A DNA stretch of 64,000 nucleotides from Spirochaetaceae bacterium (GCA_051531975.1 JAOPTT010000007.1:152985-216984); one strand, 5' to 3'; counted from the first letter of the stretch, positions 40,564 through 50,544 are shown. Numbers and translations are program-made. Notes: generated by a model from the letters alone, not told the origin.

Positions 40564-41580
40564 CTAGTTTAACTTTTTAACACTGCTTCCTTGTTGGTAT
40601 TCAACAGGGAAGATTAGGTGTTGTGTATTAATATTTCTATCCTCTATCTGATCAATTAGAATCCTTGCAGCTTCAGCTCCCATATCTTCTAGGGGTTGTC
40701 GCATAGTTGATAGAGGTGGACTCATATAGTTACAAAGTTCGTGACCATCAAAACCAATAATAGATATATCATCTGGAACAACTAAACCTTGGGTTTTAAA
40801 CTCCTCGTAGATTCCTATAGCCATTAAGTCGGTAGAACTTACAACTGCAGTAGGTCTATTTTTTAGGTTTAACAGTGTTTTTATAGCTCTTCCTCCAGAC
40901 TCTTTAGTATAATCTCCAGGGAATAACCACTCTTTATCCATTGATAAATTATTCTCTTCCATAGCTTTACAATAACCTTTGTATCTATCTATAGAGTTTT
41001 GTGTATCTACATTTCCAGTAATAAATGCAATTTTAGAGTGACCATTTTCTATTAATAATTTTGTGGCATCATACATACCTTCAAAGTTTTTTGTATCTAC
41101 ATAGTTTACCTTAGATGTTGGGTCTCTATCCCCTATAACGACACAAGGGATATTATCTTTATCGATCCTAATAAATTGTTCTCCTGTAGGTTTTGCACCT
41201 AAAATGATAACACCGTCAGCTTTTCTACTATAATATGGTTTTAAACAATCAAAATCCTCCATACGACCTCTACTGGATGAGAGAAGAATATCGTAATGAC
41301 TTTTAATACAAAAGCTCTCTATACCCGCTAATAATCGTGTATAATAGGATGTTGCTTCAACTGATTGATCCACAGGTAGTGGGGTCTCAATGGCAAGAGT
41401 ATGTACTCTGTTTTTATTTAAACCTTGGGCAATACTATTAGGGTAATAGTTTAACTCTTTTATGGCTTCTTTTACTTTTTCTCTTGTTTCTGGTTTAACA
41501 TTACCCATATTATTGATTACTCGAGATACTGTAATAAACGAAACATTAGCTAACTTAGCTACATCTTTTTGAGTTGCCAT
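40564..41580 (-). CDS. LacI-family repressor (paralog B)
   Basis: 'MATQKDVAKLANVSFITVSRVIN', 'YYPNSIAQGL', 'DISIIGFDG'. Confidence 0.95.
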   Translation of the reverse strand: MATQKDVAKLANVSFITVSRVINNMGNVKPETREKVKEAIKELNYYPNSIAQGLNKNRVHTLAIETPLPVDQSVEATSYYTRLLAGIESFCIKSHYDILLSSSRGRMEDFDCLKPYYSRKADGVIILGAKPTGEQFIRIDKDNIPCVVIGDRDPTSKVNYVDTKNFEGMYDATKLLIENGHSKIAFITGNVDTQNSIDRYKGYCKAMEENNLSMDKEWLFPGDYTKESGGRAIKTLLNLKNRPTAVVSSTDLMAIGIYEEFKTQGLVVPDDISIIGFDGHELCNYMSPPLSTMRQPLEDMGAEAARILIDQIEDRNINTQHLIFPVEYQQGSSVKKLN

Positions 41581-41635
41581 ATAATAAACTCCTAATACTA
41601 TTTAAGATAGAATAACTTGTGTAAAGGGTAGATGT

Positions 41636-42655
41636 CTAGGTGTTTAAATCCAATATACTACCTCCTGGTAATAATTTTACAGGAATTAATAAGTGTTTTG
41701 ATTCTTTTGTGTTATTCTCGATTTTATCTATAAGGATTTTTGCAGCTTTTGATCCCATTAGTTCGAGGGGCTGATACATTGTTGCAATTGGTGGGTTTGT
41801 ATAAGAGCAGATTTCGTTGCCATCAAAACCTATAAGTGAAATGTCTAAGGGTATATTAACTTTTAGCTTAATTGATTCTTCATAAAAACCTAATGCCATA
41901 AGATCCGTACTCGCTATTATTGCTGTAGGTCGATCATCTAGAGTTATAAAATATCTAAGAGCTAATCCTCCGGATTCTTTAGTAAAGTTTCCTTCAAATA
42001 ACCAATTTGGGTCTATATTTAAATAGTTTTCCTTCATTGCCATATTGAAGCCTTGCAGCCTATCGGTAGCATTCTGACTTTCTGCATTTCCACAAATATA
42101 TCCGATTTTTTTGTGTCCCTTAGAAATTAAATAGTTAGTAGCATCAGTCATACCTTTTAGATTCTCTGTATCGATGTAATTTATGGCAATACTTTCTTGA
42201 CGCTCGCCAATAATAACACATGGTATATTGTCAGTTTCTATATTATCTAATTGTTTGTTATTTGGTTTCGAAGTAATAATAATTATACCATCTGCTTTTC
42301 GCTCATAGTAAGGTTTTAGAAAATCAATGTCTTCTAAAGATCCACGTTGAGATGTTATAAGAATATTATATTTTTTTTTAATACAGTATCGCTCTATACC
42401 AACTAATATCCTCCGGTAGTATGATGTTTCTTCGGTAGATGTGTGAATTTGAAAGGCTGATTGTACTACAAGGGTTTTGAGCTTATTGCTATTTAAACCT
42501 TGGGCAATACTATTAGGATAATAATTTAACTCTTTTACTGCAGCTTCAACCTTAACACGTGTCTCTTCTTTAACATTTCCCATGTTATTAATAACCCTAG
42601 AAACTGTAATAAATGAAACATTTGCAAGTTTGGCAACATCTTTCTGAGTAGCCAT
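41636..42655 (-). CDS. LacI-family repressor (paralog A)
   Basis: Same HTH as the neighbouring gene; 'DISLIGFDG'. Confidence 0.95.
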   Translation of the reverse strand: MATQKDVAKLANVSFITVSRVINNMGNVKEETRVKVEAAVKELNYYPNSIAQGLNSNKLKTLVVQSAFQIHTSTEETSYYRRILVGIERYCIKKKYNILITSQRGSLEDIDFLKPYYERKADGIIIITSKPNNKQLDNIETDNIPCVIIGERQESIAINYIDTENLKGMTDATNYLISKGHKKIGYICGNAESQNATDRLQGFNMAMKENYLNIDPNWLFEGNFTKESGGLALRYFITLDDRPTAIIASTDLMALGFYEESIKLKVNIPLDISLIGFDGNEICSYTNPPIATMYQPLELMGSKAAKILIDKIENNTKESKHLLIPVKLLPGGSILDLNT

Positions 42656-42669
42656 TATTCTCCTCTCTT

Positions 42670-42695
42670 AAAAAAAGGGGGCAGAATTGCCCCCT
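42670..42695 (-). terminator. Intrinsic terminator after the SBP gene, directly before the lacI RBS
   Basis: Minus strand AGGGGGCA-attc-TGCCCCCT followed by TTTTTT. Confidence 0.85.
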
Positions 42696-42716
42696 AAATA
42701 TATTAATGAAACAATA

Positions 42717-44348
42717 TTATTTTACTGAAACACCTAACTTACGACAGTTTTCTTCGTACATAACTTGTTGATAGTCAAGCATAGACTGAAGATTAATATC
42801 AGTCTTTTTTTGTTGCCATTCAGCCCATAACTCTTCAAACATCTCATCAGAATCAGCAGTCATTAGAAGAGGTATATATTTACCTTCCATATTTGCCTGT
42901 TTTGTAGCAATAAGTGCCTCAGGTTCATGTCCAGGAATTTGTAGGTTATCAAACTGTGCATAACTTTTTGTATATGGTTTTGTCCATTCCTGTAACTCTT
43001 TTTGTGGAGTAACAACTTTTGGAACCCAACCATTACCTTCAAACAGTGGATTATCCATTAACATCCAGAATGTCTGCTGACCACCATACTCACCATCGTA
43101 AGCTGATCTATCGTCAACTAATAATTTGTTTGCTTCCGCAGTTAACTGGTCTTGACCATCAACTGTTTCCCACTGACCAGGAGCACCTAAAGTAAAGTCA
43201 TGTTGACCCTCTTCTGACATCCAGTAGCTTAAGAACCTAATAGCTCTTGCAGGATCTTTACAGTTCTTAGAAATAAGAGTTACAGTCCAACCAGCAATAC
43301 CACCACCACTTAACTTAGGATCGTCCATTTTTGCGTTAGCAGGGCCATCTACGGCGATAAAAATTGAATCAGGATTATTCTGGTATAAAGACATCTGCTG
43401 ATTAACCATATCTGTATTCTGGTATATCATTGAAAAATATCTACCTTGTTCTTGTTTCTCTTCAATTTGTGGTCTTTGGTCTATAAAAATATCAGGAGTT
43501 AATAAACCTAATTCGTGAGCATTTCTAAACATTTTTAACCATTTTTTATATTCAGGATCTGAAGATCTGTCATATACTTTTCCATTAATCTGTCTAGGAA
43601 CAGCTAAGAAGTCTTGTAAAATTCTTTCAAATGAGTCGTTACCTTGCTCGTTAAATCCCATTCCTGCAAACGGTATTAAAGGGCTACCATTTACTTCTGG
43701 ATACATCTCTTTTGCTTTAACTAATGTGTTTAAGAAACCTTCTGGAGTTCTCATCGAAGGGCTACCAAGAGCTTCGTACATATCTTTTCTAACTAAAAAT
43801 GAAGAAGCTGAAGGGATATCAAATATATCGTAGTGCTCAGGAGCATATGATGCATTTGGGTAACCATATACATGACCATCATCTTTTGTATACCAACCTA
43901 ATCTAGCAGGTGATGCAACTTTAAAAAAGTAAGGGTCATACTTCTCAGCAAGTTCCTCTAATGGGTATAACATCTCACCATCAATCATATCTGTAATCTG
44001 GCCTTCCCACCAACCTAATGTAATAATATCTGGTAATTGATCTCCAGCTATCAGTGTATTTAATTTTTCAGCCTCTGACCCAGCTGGTACTATAAAGTTA
44101 ATATCAACACCAGTTTTTTCTGTAATATATCTAGATGTTGGATCATCACCCCATGCTCTTGGGAACCATGAAAAGTGTAGGTACCAATCAAACTCAATTG
44201 GACTAGTGTCTACTTGCCAACCTGGTTGGTCCGCTGTTAAGTTAGTTGCAGCGACCGACTTAGCTTCGTCATTACCACCTGCAAAAACTGTTGCGCTTAA
44301 CATTAAAAACATTAATGTTACACTGATTCTTACTAAAATTTGTTTCAT
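42717..44348 (-). CDS. Oligosaccharide ABC substrate-binding protein (LplA-like)
   Basis: Signal 'ATVFAGG'; 'EKLNTLIAGDQLPDI'; 'DGHVYGYP'; 543 aa. Confidence 0.9.
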   Translation of the reverse strand: MKQILVRISVTLMFLMLSATVFAGGNDEAKSVAATNLTADQPGWQVDTSPIEFDWYLHFSWFPRAWGDDPTSRYITEKTGVDINFIVPAGSEAEKLNTLIAGDQLPDIITLGWWEGQITDMIDGEMLYPLEELAEKYDPYFFKVASPARLGWYTKDDGHVYGYPNASYAPEHYDIFDIPSASSFLVRKDMYEALGSPSMRTPEGFLNTLVKAKEMYPEVNGSPLIPFAGMGFNEQGNDSFERILQDFLAVPRQINGKVYDRSSDPEYKKWLKMFRNAHELGLLTPDIFIDQRPQIEEKQEQGRYFSMIYQNTDMVNQQMSLYQNNPDSIFIAVDGPANAKMDDPKLSGGGIAGWTVTLISKNCKDPARAIRFLSYWMSEEGQHDFTLGAPGQWETVDGQDQLTAEANKLLVDDRSAYDGEYGGQQTFWMLMDNPLFEGNGWVPKVVTPQKELQEWTKPYTKSYAQFDNLQIPGHEPEALIATKQANMEGKYIPLLMTADSDEMFEELWAEWQQKKTDINLQSMLDYQQVMYEENCRKLGVSVK

Positions 44349-44421
44349 AAAAAATTCTCCTATTTATATATATAAAACCCTGTCGGAAAATAACATCCCA
44401 CTGGGCATTTATTAAAATTAA

Positions 44422-45303
44422 TTAACCCTTTACAGATCCAACAGTCATACCCTGAACAAAATATTTTTGTAAAAATGGATATACACAAACAATTGGAAAT
44501 GTCACTACAATCATTGTTGCTAAACGTAGAGATGTACTATTTACAGCATTAGATCTTACAGCTACTGGTGTTGCACTCATTTGGGTATTAACACTACCAC
44601 TTGTTATTATTCTATATAGATATGTCTGGATTGGTTCCAACTCTCTATCACTAACAAAAACAACTCCCATAAAAAAGTCATTCCAATGCCAAACACCTTG
44701 GAATAGAGCAATTGTAGCTAAAACAGGTCCAGAAAGAGGTAAAATTATTCTAGTAAAAACAATACCTTCGTGGGCTCCATCTATAATTGCGGACTCTTCT
44801 AAACTTTCAGGAATTGACCTGAAAAAAGATGTGAATATAATTAAGTGAAAGAAGTTAAACATTGTTGGAATTATATAGACCCAAAATGTATTAATTAGAT
44901 GTAAGTTTTTTAAGTTAATAAAACCAGGTATTAAACCTCCACCAAAAAACATTGTGAATGTTCCTAATGCAAGATAAAAATTTCGACCTAGCAGGTGTTT
45001 TTTTGACCATGCGAATGCAGTCATTGCAGTAAACAGTAGGTGTGTTACAGTTCCAATAGTTGTTCTTAGGACAGATATTATAAAGGCTTGAATTATAACA
45101 TCGTCTTCAAAAACCTTTTGAAAGCTTTCTAAACTAAACTGTCTAGGTATCCAGTAAATTCCACCAAGTGCAGCATCGGAAGCATCGTTAAAAGCTAATA
45201 TTACGGTATACCAAATTGGGTATATACATACAAAAGCTAATAAGGCCATAAGTAAAGTATTTATTACAGAAAATGTATCTGTCTTTTTTCTAAATTTAAT
45301 CAT
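44422..45303 (-). CDS. Carbohydrate ABC permease (LplC/MalG type)
   Basis: EAA loop 'SLEESAIIDGA'; 'FFGGGLIP'; 'YPFLQKYFVQG'. Confidence 0.95.
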   Translation of the reverse strand: MIKFRKKTDTFSVINTLLMALLAFVCIYPIWYTVILAFNDASDAALGGIYWIPRQFSLESFQKVFEDDVIIQAFIISVLRTTIGTVTHLLFTAMTAFAWSKKHLLGRNFYLALGTFTMFFGGGLIPGFINLKNLHLINTFWVYIIPTMFNFFHLIIFTSFFRSIPESLEESAIIDGAHEGIVFTRIILPLSGPVLATIALFQGVWHWNDFFMGVVFVSDRELEPIQTYLYRIITSGSVNTQMSATPVAVRSNAVNSTSLRLATMIVVTFPIVCVYPFLQKYFVQGMTVGSVKG

Positions 45304-45315
45304 AATAAGCTCCTG

Positions 45316-46233
45316 TTAAAATAGTGCGTGACCACTTATTTTTTTAGTGATTTTGTTTGCGCTACCAAGTAAAATAAGTGCAACAACAGATTTGAATAGA
45401 CCTACAGCCTGAGCATATGAGTATCTACCACCAATAATACCAGTTCTATATACAAAAACATCTATAACGTCACTGGCTGATTGGTTTAAAGAGTTTCTTA
45501 AAACTAGGATCTGATCGAAGTTGGTATTTAACATTCCACTTATAGCTAAAATAAGGAATATTGAAATTGTTGGTGCTATAGATGGTAGTGTAATGTGGAG
45601 CATTTTCTGGAACCTATTAGCACCATCCACTGTTGCAGCTTCGTATAGTGCTGGGTTTATTCCTGCAATAGCAGCAAGATAGATAATTGCACCCCAACCT
45701 AACTCTTTCCAAATATCCGAGATTACAGCTATTCCCCAGAACATATCTGGTTCCGCTAAATAGAATATTGGCTCGGCAATAACACCTAAAAGAAGTAATA
45801 GTTCGTTAATAAAACCAACATCTGATAGCCAATTAACCATAATTCCACCTAAAACTGTCCATGATAGAAAGTGGGGAAGGTATGAAATTGTTTGTACAAA
45901 TTTTTTGAACGGAGCATTCTTTATTTCATTTAAAAATATTGCAAAGATTATTGGTAATGGAAAACCAACAAAAAGTCTAATGAGACTTATACCCAGAGTA
46001 TTTTTCATAACAATTCCAAAATCACCACTTGTGAATAGTTCTATAAAGTGCTCAAACCCTATAAAAGGTTGTCCAATTATTGGTTTTATAATCCTATAGT
46101 TTTGAAATGCAATAATAATTCCATACATAGGAATGTAGTTAAATATTATCATCCAGACTAATGCTGGTAGTGCCATCATTAATAGGTAACGTTGCTTAAA
46201 AACAGTTTGACCTAATGTCAACGTATTTTTCAT
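45316..46233 (-). CDS. Carbohydrate ABC permease (LplB/MalF type)
   Basis: 'SYLPHFLSW', 'LYEAATVDGANRFQ'. Start moved to ATG 46233 (SD AGGAG); the ORF-track extension covers the operators. Confidence 0.95.
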   Translation of the reverse strand: MKNTLTLGQTVFKQRYLLMMALPALVWMIIFNYIPMYGIIIAFQNYRIIKPIIGQPFIGFEHFIELFTSGDFGIVMKNTLGISLIRLFVGFPLPIIFAIFLNEIKNAPFKKFVQTISYLPHFLSWTVLGGIMVNWLSDVGFINELLLLLGVIAEPIFYLAEPDMFWGIAVISDIWKELGWGAIIYLAAIAGINPALYEAATVDGANRFQKMLHITLPSIAPTISIFLILAISGMLNTNFDQILVLRNSLNQSASDVIDVFVYRTGIIGGRYSYAQAVGLFKSVVALILLGSANKITKKISGHALF

Positions 46234-46255
46234 CGGTACTCCTTGATATCTCATT

Positions 46256-46301
46256 TGTTTGCGTAAACATAATGTAACATGAGTTTCTGTTTGCGTAAAC
46301 A
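46256..46301 (-). promoter_or_regulatory. Two LacI-type operators bracketing the ABC operon promoter
   Basis: TGTTTGCGTAAACA at 46256-46269 and 46288-46301 (32-bp period); minus-strand TTTACG-17-TACATT promoter overlaps them. Confidence 0.85.
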
Positions 46302-46390
46302 TTTATTTTGAGTTTTTTACAATTAATTAAAATATACTTTCTAAAAAGAGAATTTCTTGACATATGAATTCTAGTTATGTATCCTAAATC

Positions 46391-48466
46391 ATGGACATAA
46401 ATAGTCTTAAAATTAAAAATGAGATAATAAAACTAAATAACTCAAGCAGAGAAATATTCTCTACTGATATTAAGACTTCAGAGAAACTTGCACTTAAAGC
46501 TGTAATGCTTTCTAGGAAAGAAGCCATGAATAGAGAATTAGCAGATAGCCTAGTTAATCTATCTAATATTAGATCTGAAGTTGGAGACTATCTAAATGCA
46601 ACAGATTATATTTTTGAAGCTATTTCAATATTAAAAAGGGATGTTAAGTCAGAAGTAATTGTTAAAGCATACAGAGTTTTAGGAATTAACTATCTTAGAA
46701 CAGGGGATTTAGACAAAGCTCTTTCCACACTTAACCTTTCAAAAGTTTTATCTAACGAATTGGGAGATACAATTGAGTTACCAAGCATTTTATTAGGTAT
46801 AGGTAATGTTTTATCATTTAAAAATGCCAATGAAGATTCCTTAATATATTATGAACAATCATTTAGGGCAGCAGAAAAAACTAAAAATATAGAGGTTCAA
46901 TTAAAAGCTCTTAATAACTTAGGTTGTAGTTATAATAGTTTAGATAGGTTAGATGAAGCAGAGGATTGTATTAATAGATGTATCTCTATATCAAAAGACC
47001 ATGGATTCATGGATATAGTTATTTGGGCTTTAGATGAACTTGGTCTTATCTATATAAAAAGAGGTGATCATACTAGAGCAATAGAGTCTTGGCTGGAATG
47101 TCTTCGAATAGACAAAGATAGAGGAGAGACTATAAATACAATTGCTCCAAATCTTAATATTGCAAAATACTACCTTAAAACAGAATCTTGGGAATTAGCA
47201 CAGCAGTATTTAAACGATGCCTCTAGAGTCGCAAAAAGTAGTAACTCCCGGTTAGAATTAGTTAAAGTATATAAATTAGAATCTCAGATGTATGAAAAAA
47301 AAGGGGATTTTAAAATAGCTTTAGATCTTTTTAAAAAACAATATCTTCTTGAACAGCAGGTAACTAAACAGGAATCTGTTAGAGAACTTAAAGAGATCGA
47401 GTTAGAAGCCTTAACTATTGCTAAGGAAAGAATTATTTCAATAAGCAAAATAGGTCGAACAATTACTGAAAGTTTAGATCTAGAGACTACATTAAAAAGA
47501 ATTTATACATATGTAAAAGAAATTAGCGATTCCACTATATTTGGTATAGCCAGATATAATAAAAAGAGTTCCAAGATCTCCTACGATATATTTATGGAGG
47601 ATGGTATAAAATTACCTCACTTTGAAACAGGAGTGGAGGATAAAAATAGCCTCGCTGCTTGGTGTGTAAGAAATAAAAAAAGAATTGTTATTAATAATTT
47701 AGAAAATGATTATGTAAAATATGTAGAGTCAGTATGGGCGGTATTTGGTGGTGTTAAACATCCTAAGTCAATAATATATCTACCTCTGTTAGTTGGAGAT
47801 GAATTCATTGGACTTATTACAGTTCAAAGTTACAAAGAGAATGCATATTCTGTAGTTGATGTAGACTCTTTTGATATCTTGTCTTCCTATGCCGCTATAG
47901 CACTAAATAATGCAAGGCAATCAGAGATGATAAGAAAACAAAATAAAGAGTTAGTTGTCTTAGCTACTTTAGATAGTTTAACAGGAATTAAAAATAGAAG
48001 AGCTTTCTTTGAGGACGTAAGAAAATGTAGGGCATGGGCGAGAAGATTAAAAGTACCACACTCATTCATACTTCTAGATTTAGATCATTTCAAAAAAATA
48101 AATGATAAATATGGGCATCCTGCAGGAGATTTTTGTCTTATTGAAGTTGCCAAGATTCTTAATGAAGTAATTAAAAGAGATAATGATGAAGTTGGGCGGT
48201 TTGGTGGAGAGGAATTTTGTATATCCTTAGGTGATGCAGATATTAATGGAGCTAAGCTTGTAGCAGAAAAAATAAGAAGTAAGATTGAAGGATTCACTTT
48301 TATATATGATGGAATTAACATAAATATTACAGCAAGTTTTGGTATAAGTACTGCAGAACCACATTTAGAACATAAAAAGAGTATTGGAAATCTTTTATCC
48401 GAAGCTGATAAAGCTATGTACAAAGCTAAAAAGTCAGGGCGAAACTGTGTTAAAATATATAGGTGA
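46391..48466 (+). CDS. Diguanylate cyclase with TPR and GAF domains
   Basis: TPR-like helices, GAF ('GLITVQSYKENAY'), 'DLDHFKKINDKYGH', RxxD I-site and 'GGEEF'. Confidence 0.92.
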   Translation: MDINSLKIKNEIIKLNNSSREIFSTDIKTSEKLALKAVMLSRKEAMNRELADSLVNLSNIRSEVGDYLNATDYIFEAISILKRDVKSEVIVKAYRVLGINYLRTGDLDKALSTLNLSKVLSNELGDTIELPSILLGIGNVLSFKNANEDSLIYYEQSFRAAEKTKNIEVQLKALNNLGCSYNSLDRLDEAEDCINRCISISKDHGFMDIVIWALDELGLIYIKRGDHTRAIESWLECLRIDKDRGETINTIAPNLNIAKYYLKTESWELAQQYLNDASRVAKSSNSRLELVKVYKLESQMYEKKGDFKIALDLFKKQYLLEQQVTKQESVRELKEIELEALTIAKERIISISKIGRTITESLDLETTLKRIYTYVKEISDSTIFGIARYNKKSSKISYDIFMEDGIKLPHFETGVEDKNSLAAWCVRNKKRIVINNLENDYVKYVESVWAVFGGVKHPKSIIYLPLLVGDEFIGLITVQSYKENAYSVVDVDSFDILSSYAAIALNNARQSEMIRKQNKELVVLATLDSLTGIKNRRAFFEDVRKCRAWARRLKVPHSFILLDLDHFKKINDKYGHPAGDFCLIEVAKILNEVIKRDNDEVGRFGGEEFCISLGDADINGAKLVAEKIRSKIEGFTFIYDGININITASFGISTAEPHLEHKKSIGNLLSEADKAMYKAKKSGRNCVKIYR

Positions 48467-48486
48467 TAGATAAGCACTATCACCTA
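48460..48486. terminator. Hairpin between convergent genes
   Basis: TAGGTGATAG-ataagca-CTATCACCTA. Confidence 0.65.
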
Positions 48487-48491
48487 CTAAA

Positions 48492-48665
48492 TTATGCAAA
48501 AAGAATTACTGGTACAAATTCTTCTTTCTGAGTTACTATTGAAATTGTGTAACTTCTTCTTTTAGGTCTAAGAACTCTTCTAGGAGCTCTACCTCTAGGT
48601 GATAATAGTGACATACATGATGTAGTCAAAAGTAGTACTAATACTGTAATTAAAATTTTTTTCAT
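48492..48665 (-). CDS. 57-aa Arg/Pro-rich putative lipoprotein (not in ORF track)
   Basis: SD AGGAGA, then MKKILITVLVLLLTTSCMSLLSPRGRAPRRVLRPKRRSYTISIVTQKEEFVPVILFA*; stop lies just before the hairpin. Confidence 0.7.
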   Translation of the reverse strand: MKKILITVLVLLLTTSCMSLLSPRGRAPRRVLRPKRRSYTISIVTQKEEFVPVILFA

Positions 48666-48723
48666 TTTAAATCTCCTTTTTTTATTGTAGAATAAAATTA
48701 ATGTTTTTATAAGGAGTTTTTTT

Positions 48724-49365
48724 TTGGTAATTAATTATAAACAAAAAACAGTAATATTTCTAAGTTTGGTATTAATTTTTGAGTTATGTTTCATCTTCCT
48801 TCCTCAATTTCCTGCAAGGACAATAATTAAGTTAGCACCAAGTTTTGTATTGCTTTGGTTTTTATTAGAATTAAAAGGTGTGGATAAGTTTTTTATGTTA
48901 TTAGCACTCTTTTTTTGTATGGCAGGAGACTCTTTTTTAGATATAAATAGAGATCGACTTTTTATGGGTGGATTAATTAGTTTCACATTAGCTCATGTTG
49001 TCTATTTAGTATATTTTTTAAGGAACATAAAGAAACCAGACAACAGAACAACTATAGTAGTTACAGCACTGTTTTTATATGGTTTTATATTAGCTTGGTT
49101 TTTACGTGAAGCTCCTTCTGATTTACTTATACCAGTCTGGGTTTATTTAGGAATAATAATATTTATGGCAATGGCAGCATTTTTAACAAAAGGTGTTAAT
49201 ACATTTCTTAAAATAGGAGTCTTAGTATTTGTCTTTTCAGACTCAATATTAGCTTTAAATAAGTTTATTATTCCATTTAGCTTTGCAACACCTCTTAATA
49301 TATTTCTATATTTTATGGCTCAGCTTTTTATAGTTCGAGGGATTGTTTCTAGAAAATCATTTTGA
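48724..49365 (+). CDS. YhhN/TMEM86-family lysoplasmalogenase-like membrane protein
   Basis: 'IIKLAP', 'AGDSFL', 'FTLAHVVY', 'FVFSDSILA', 'YFMAQ'. Confidence 0.85.
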   Translation: MVINYKQKTVIFLSLVLIFELCFIFLPQFPARTIIKLAPSFVLLWFLLELKGVDKFFMLLALFFCMAGDSFLDINRDRLFMGGLISFTLAHVVYLVYFLRNIKKPDNRTTIVVTALFLYGFILAWFLREAPSDLLIPVWVYLGIIIFMAMAAFLTKGVNTFLKIGVLVFVFSDSILALNKFIIPFSFATPLNIFLYFMAQLFIVRGIVSRKSF

Positions 49366-50544
49366 TATATCCCTTTTTCTTGCAATGTTTACCATTATGG
49401 GGAGTAATATAGTTGAGCAAACCGCTATTATGATAAAAGCAGTTGTTAATCCATATAAGTCCCCTAATTTACCAATAATTGGAAAAAGTATAATCATAAA
49501 TAAGCTAAAGACCATACTTTGTAAAGAGAGTATAGTTGCTCTCTGTGCACTTGGTATTAGCTTATTTATATAGTCATTAATTGTAATATATAATACACCT
49601 TCAATCATAGATAAAATGATAAAGGATATTTTTTGTACCCCTGGAAATGTCATCCCCCAAAATCCAAAAATTGCTAAAAGTGGTAATATAGTTACTAAAG
49701 TTTTTAATGATATTTTCTTCTCAATTTTGTACGTTTGTGTTGCAATAGCAGCTGTAGCTAAAGACGCTATAGATAAAATTATTCCAATTACAAATTCGGT
49801 ATTCCCTGCATTTTTTAACATATTTTGTAGATAAAAGAATTCAGTAACATAGAAAGTTGAAAACAGTTCTAATAAAATAATAATTTCAGCAATCCTTTTA
49901 TCCTTTTTTACTACTAGAATACTGTCTAATAACTGTTTTTTAAATGTAGCAAAAAAATTATGACTTCTTTCTACTTTACCAATAGTTGGTTCTGTAAATG
50001 TTAAGGCTTGTACAAATGCAAAACATGCTAAGATAAAAGCTCCCTTATATACATTTGCATAGGATATTGTCGCAATATAACCACCTAAAAGGAGAGCTAG
50101 TGTTTGTGTACTCTGGTATATTAACTCATTTCGACCTTTTATTTTTGTATATTCATTTTCTCTACCAATCTCTTTAATACTATCGTATATTAGTGCATCT
50201 CCAGCCCCAGATTCTAAATTATTACTTAAAGCTGTAAAGAAGAAACTTAAGGCAAAAAATATTACTGAGTTTGAATATATCATTATTAATGTTGATATTA
50301 TTAAGCAGACAGTACTTAGAATTCGGCTAATTTTACGACCATAAATATCCGCTATAGCTCCAGTTGGAATCTCCATTGTAAAGGATGATACATGATATAC
50401 AGTCTCCATTATTCCTATCTGGAAGAGTGAAAGTCCTTTACTTGCAAGGTATAACATCCAAACACCATGGGTCAGATTAAATCTACTAATGAAAGTAAAA
50501 AGATAATCTTTATATATATTTTTCTCTAATTTAACTCTATTCAT
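49357..50544 (-). CDS. MFS transporter
   Basis: 'EIPTGAIADIYGRK', 'SGAGDALIYDS', about 12 TM. Confidence 0.92.
   Translation of the reverse strand: MNRVKLEKNIYKDYLFTFISRFNLTHGVWMLYLASKGLSLFQIGIMETVYHVSSFTMEIPTGAIADIYGRKISRILSTVCLIISTLIMIYSNSVIFFALSFFFTALSNNLESGAGDALIYDSIKEIGRENEYTKIKGRNELIYQSTQTLALLLGGYIATISYANVYKGAFILACFAFVQALTFTEPTIGKVERSHNFFATFKKQLLDSILVVKKDKRIAEIIILLELFSTFYVTEFFYLQNMLKNAGNTEFVIGIILSIASLATAAIATQTYKIEKKISLKTLVTILPLLAIFGFWGMTFPGVQKISFIILSMIEGVLYITINDYINKLIPSAQRATILSLQSMVFSLFMIILFPIIGKLGDLYGLTTAFIIIAVCSTILLPIMVNIARKRDISK

Noticed and set aside
46234..46302. ORF-track N-terminal extension of the ABC permease (similar extensions at 2014, 7938, 9338, 22233, 27915, 54300)
   Set aside because: The extensions run through operators, promoters, terminators or neighbouring genes; better-supported starts lie downstream.
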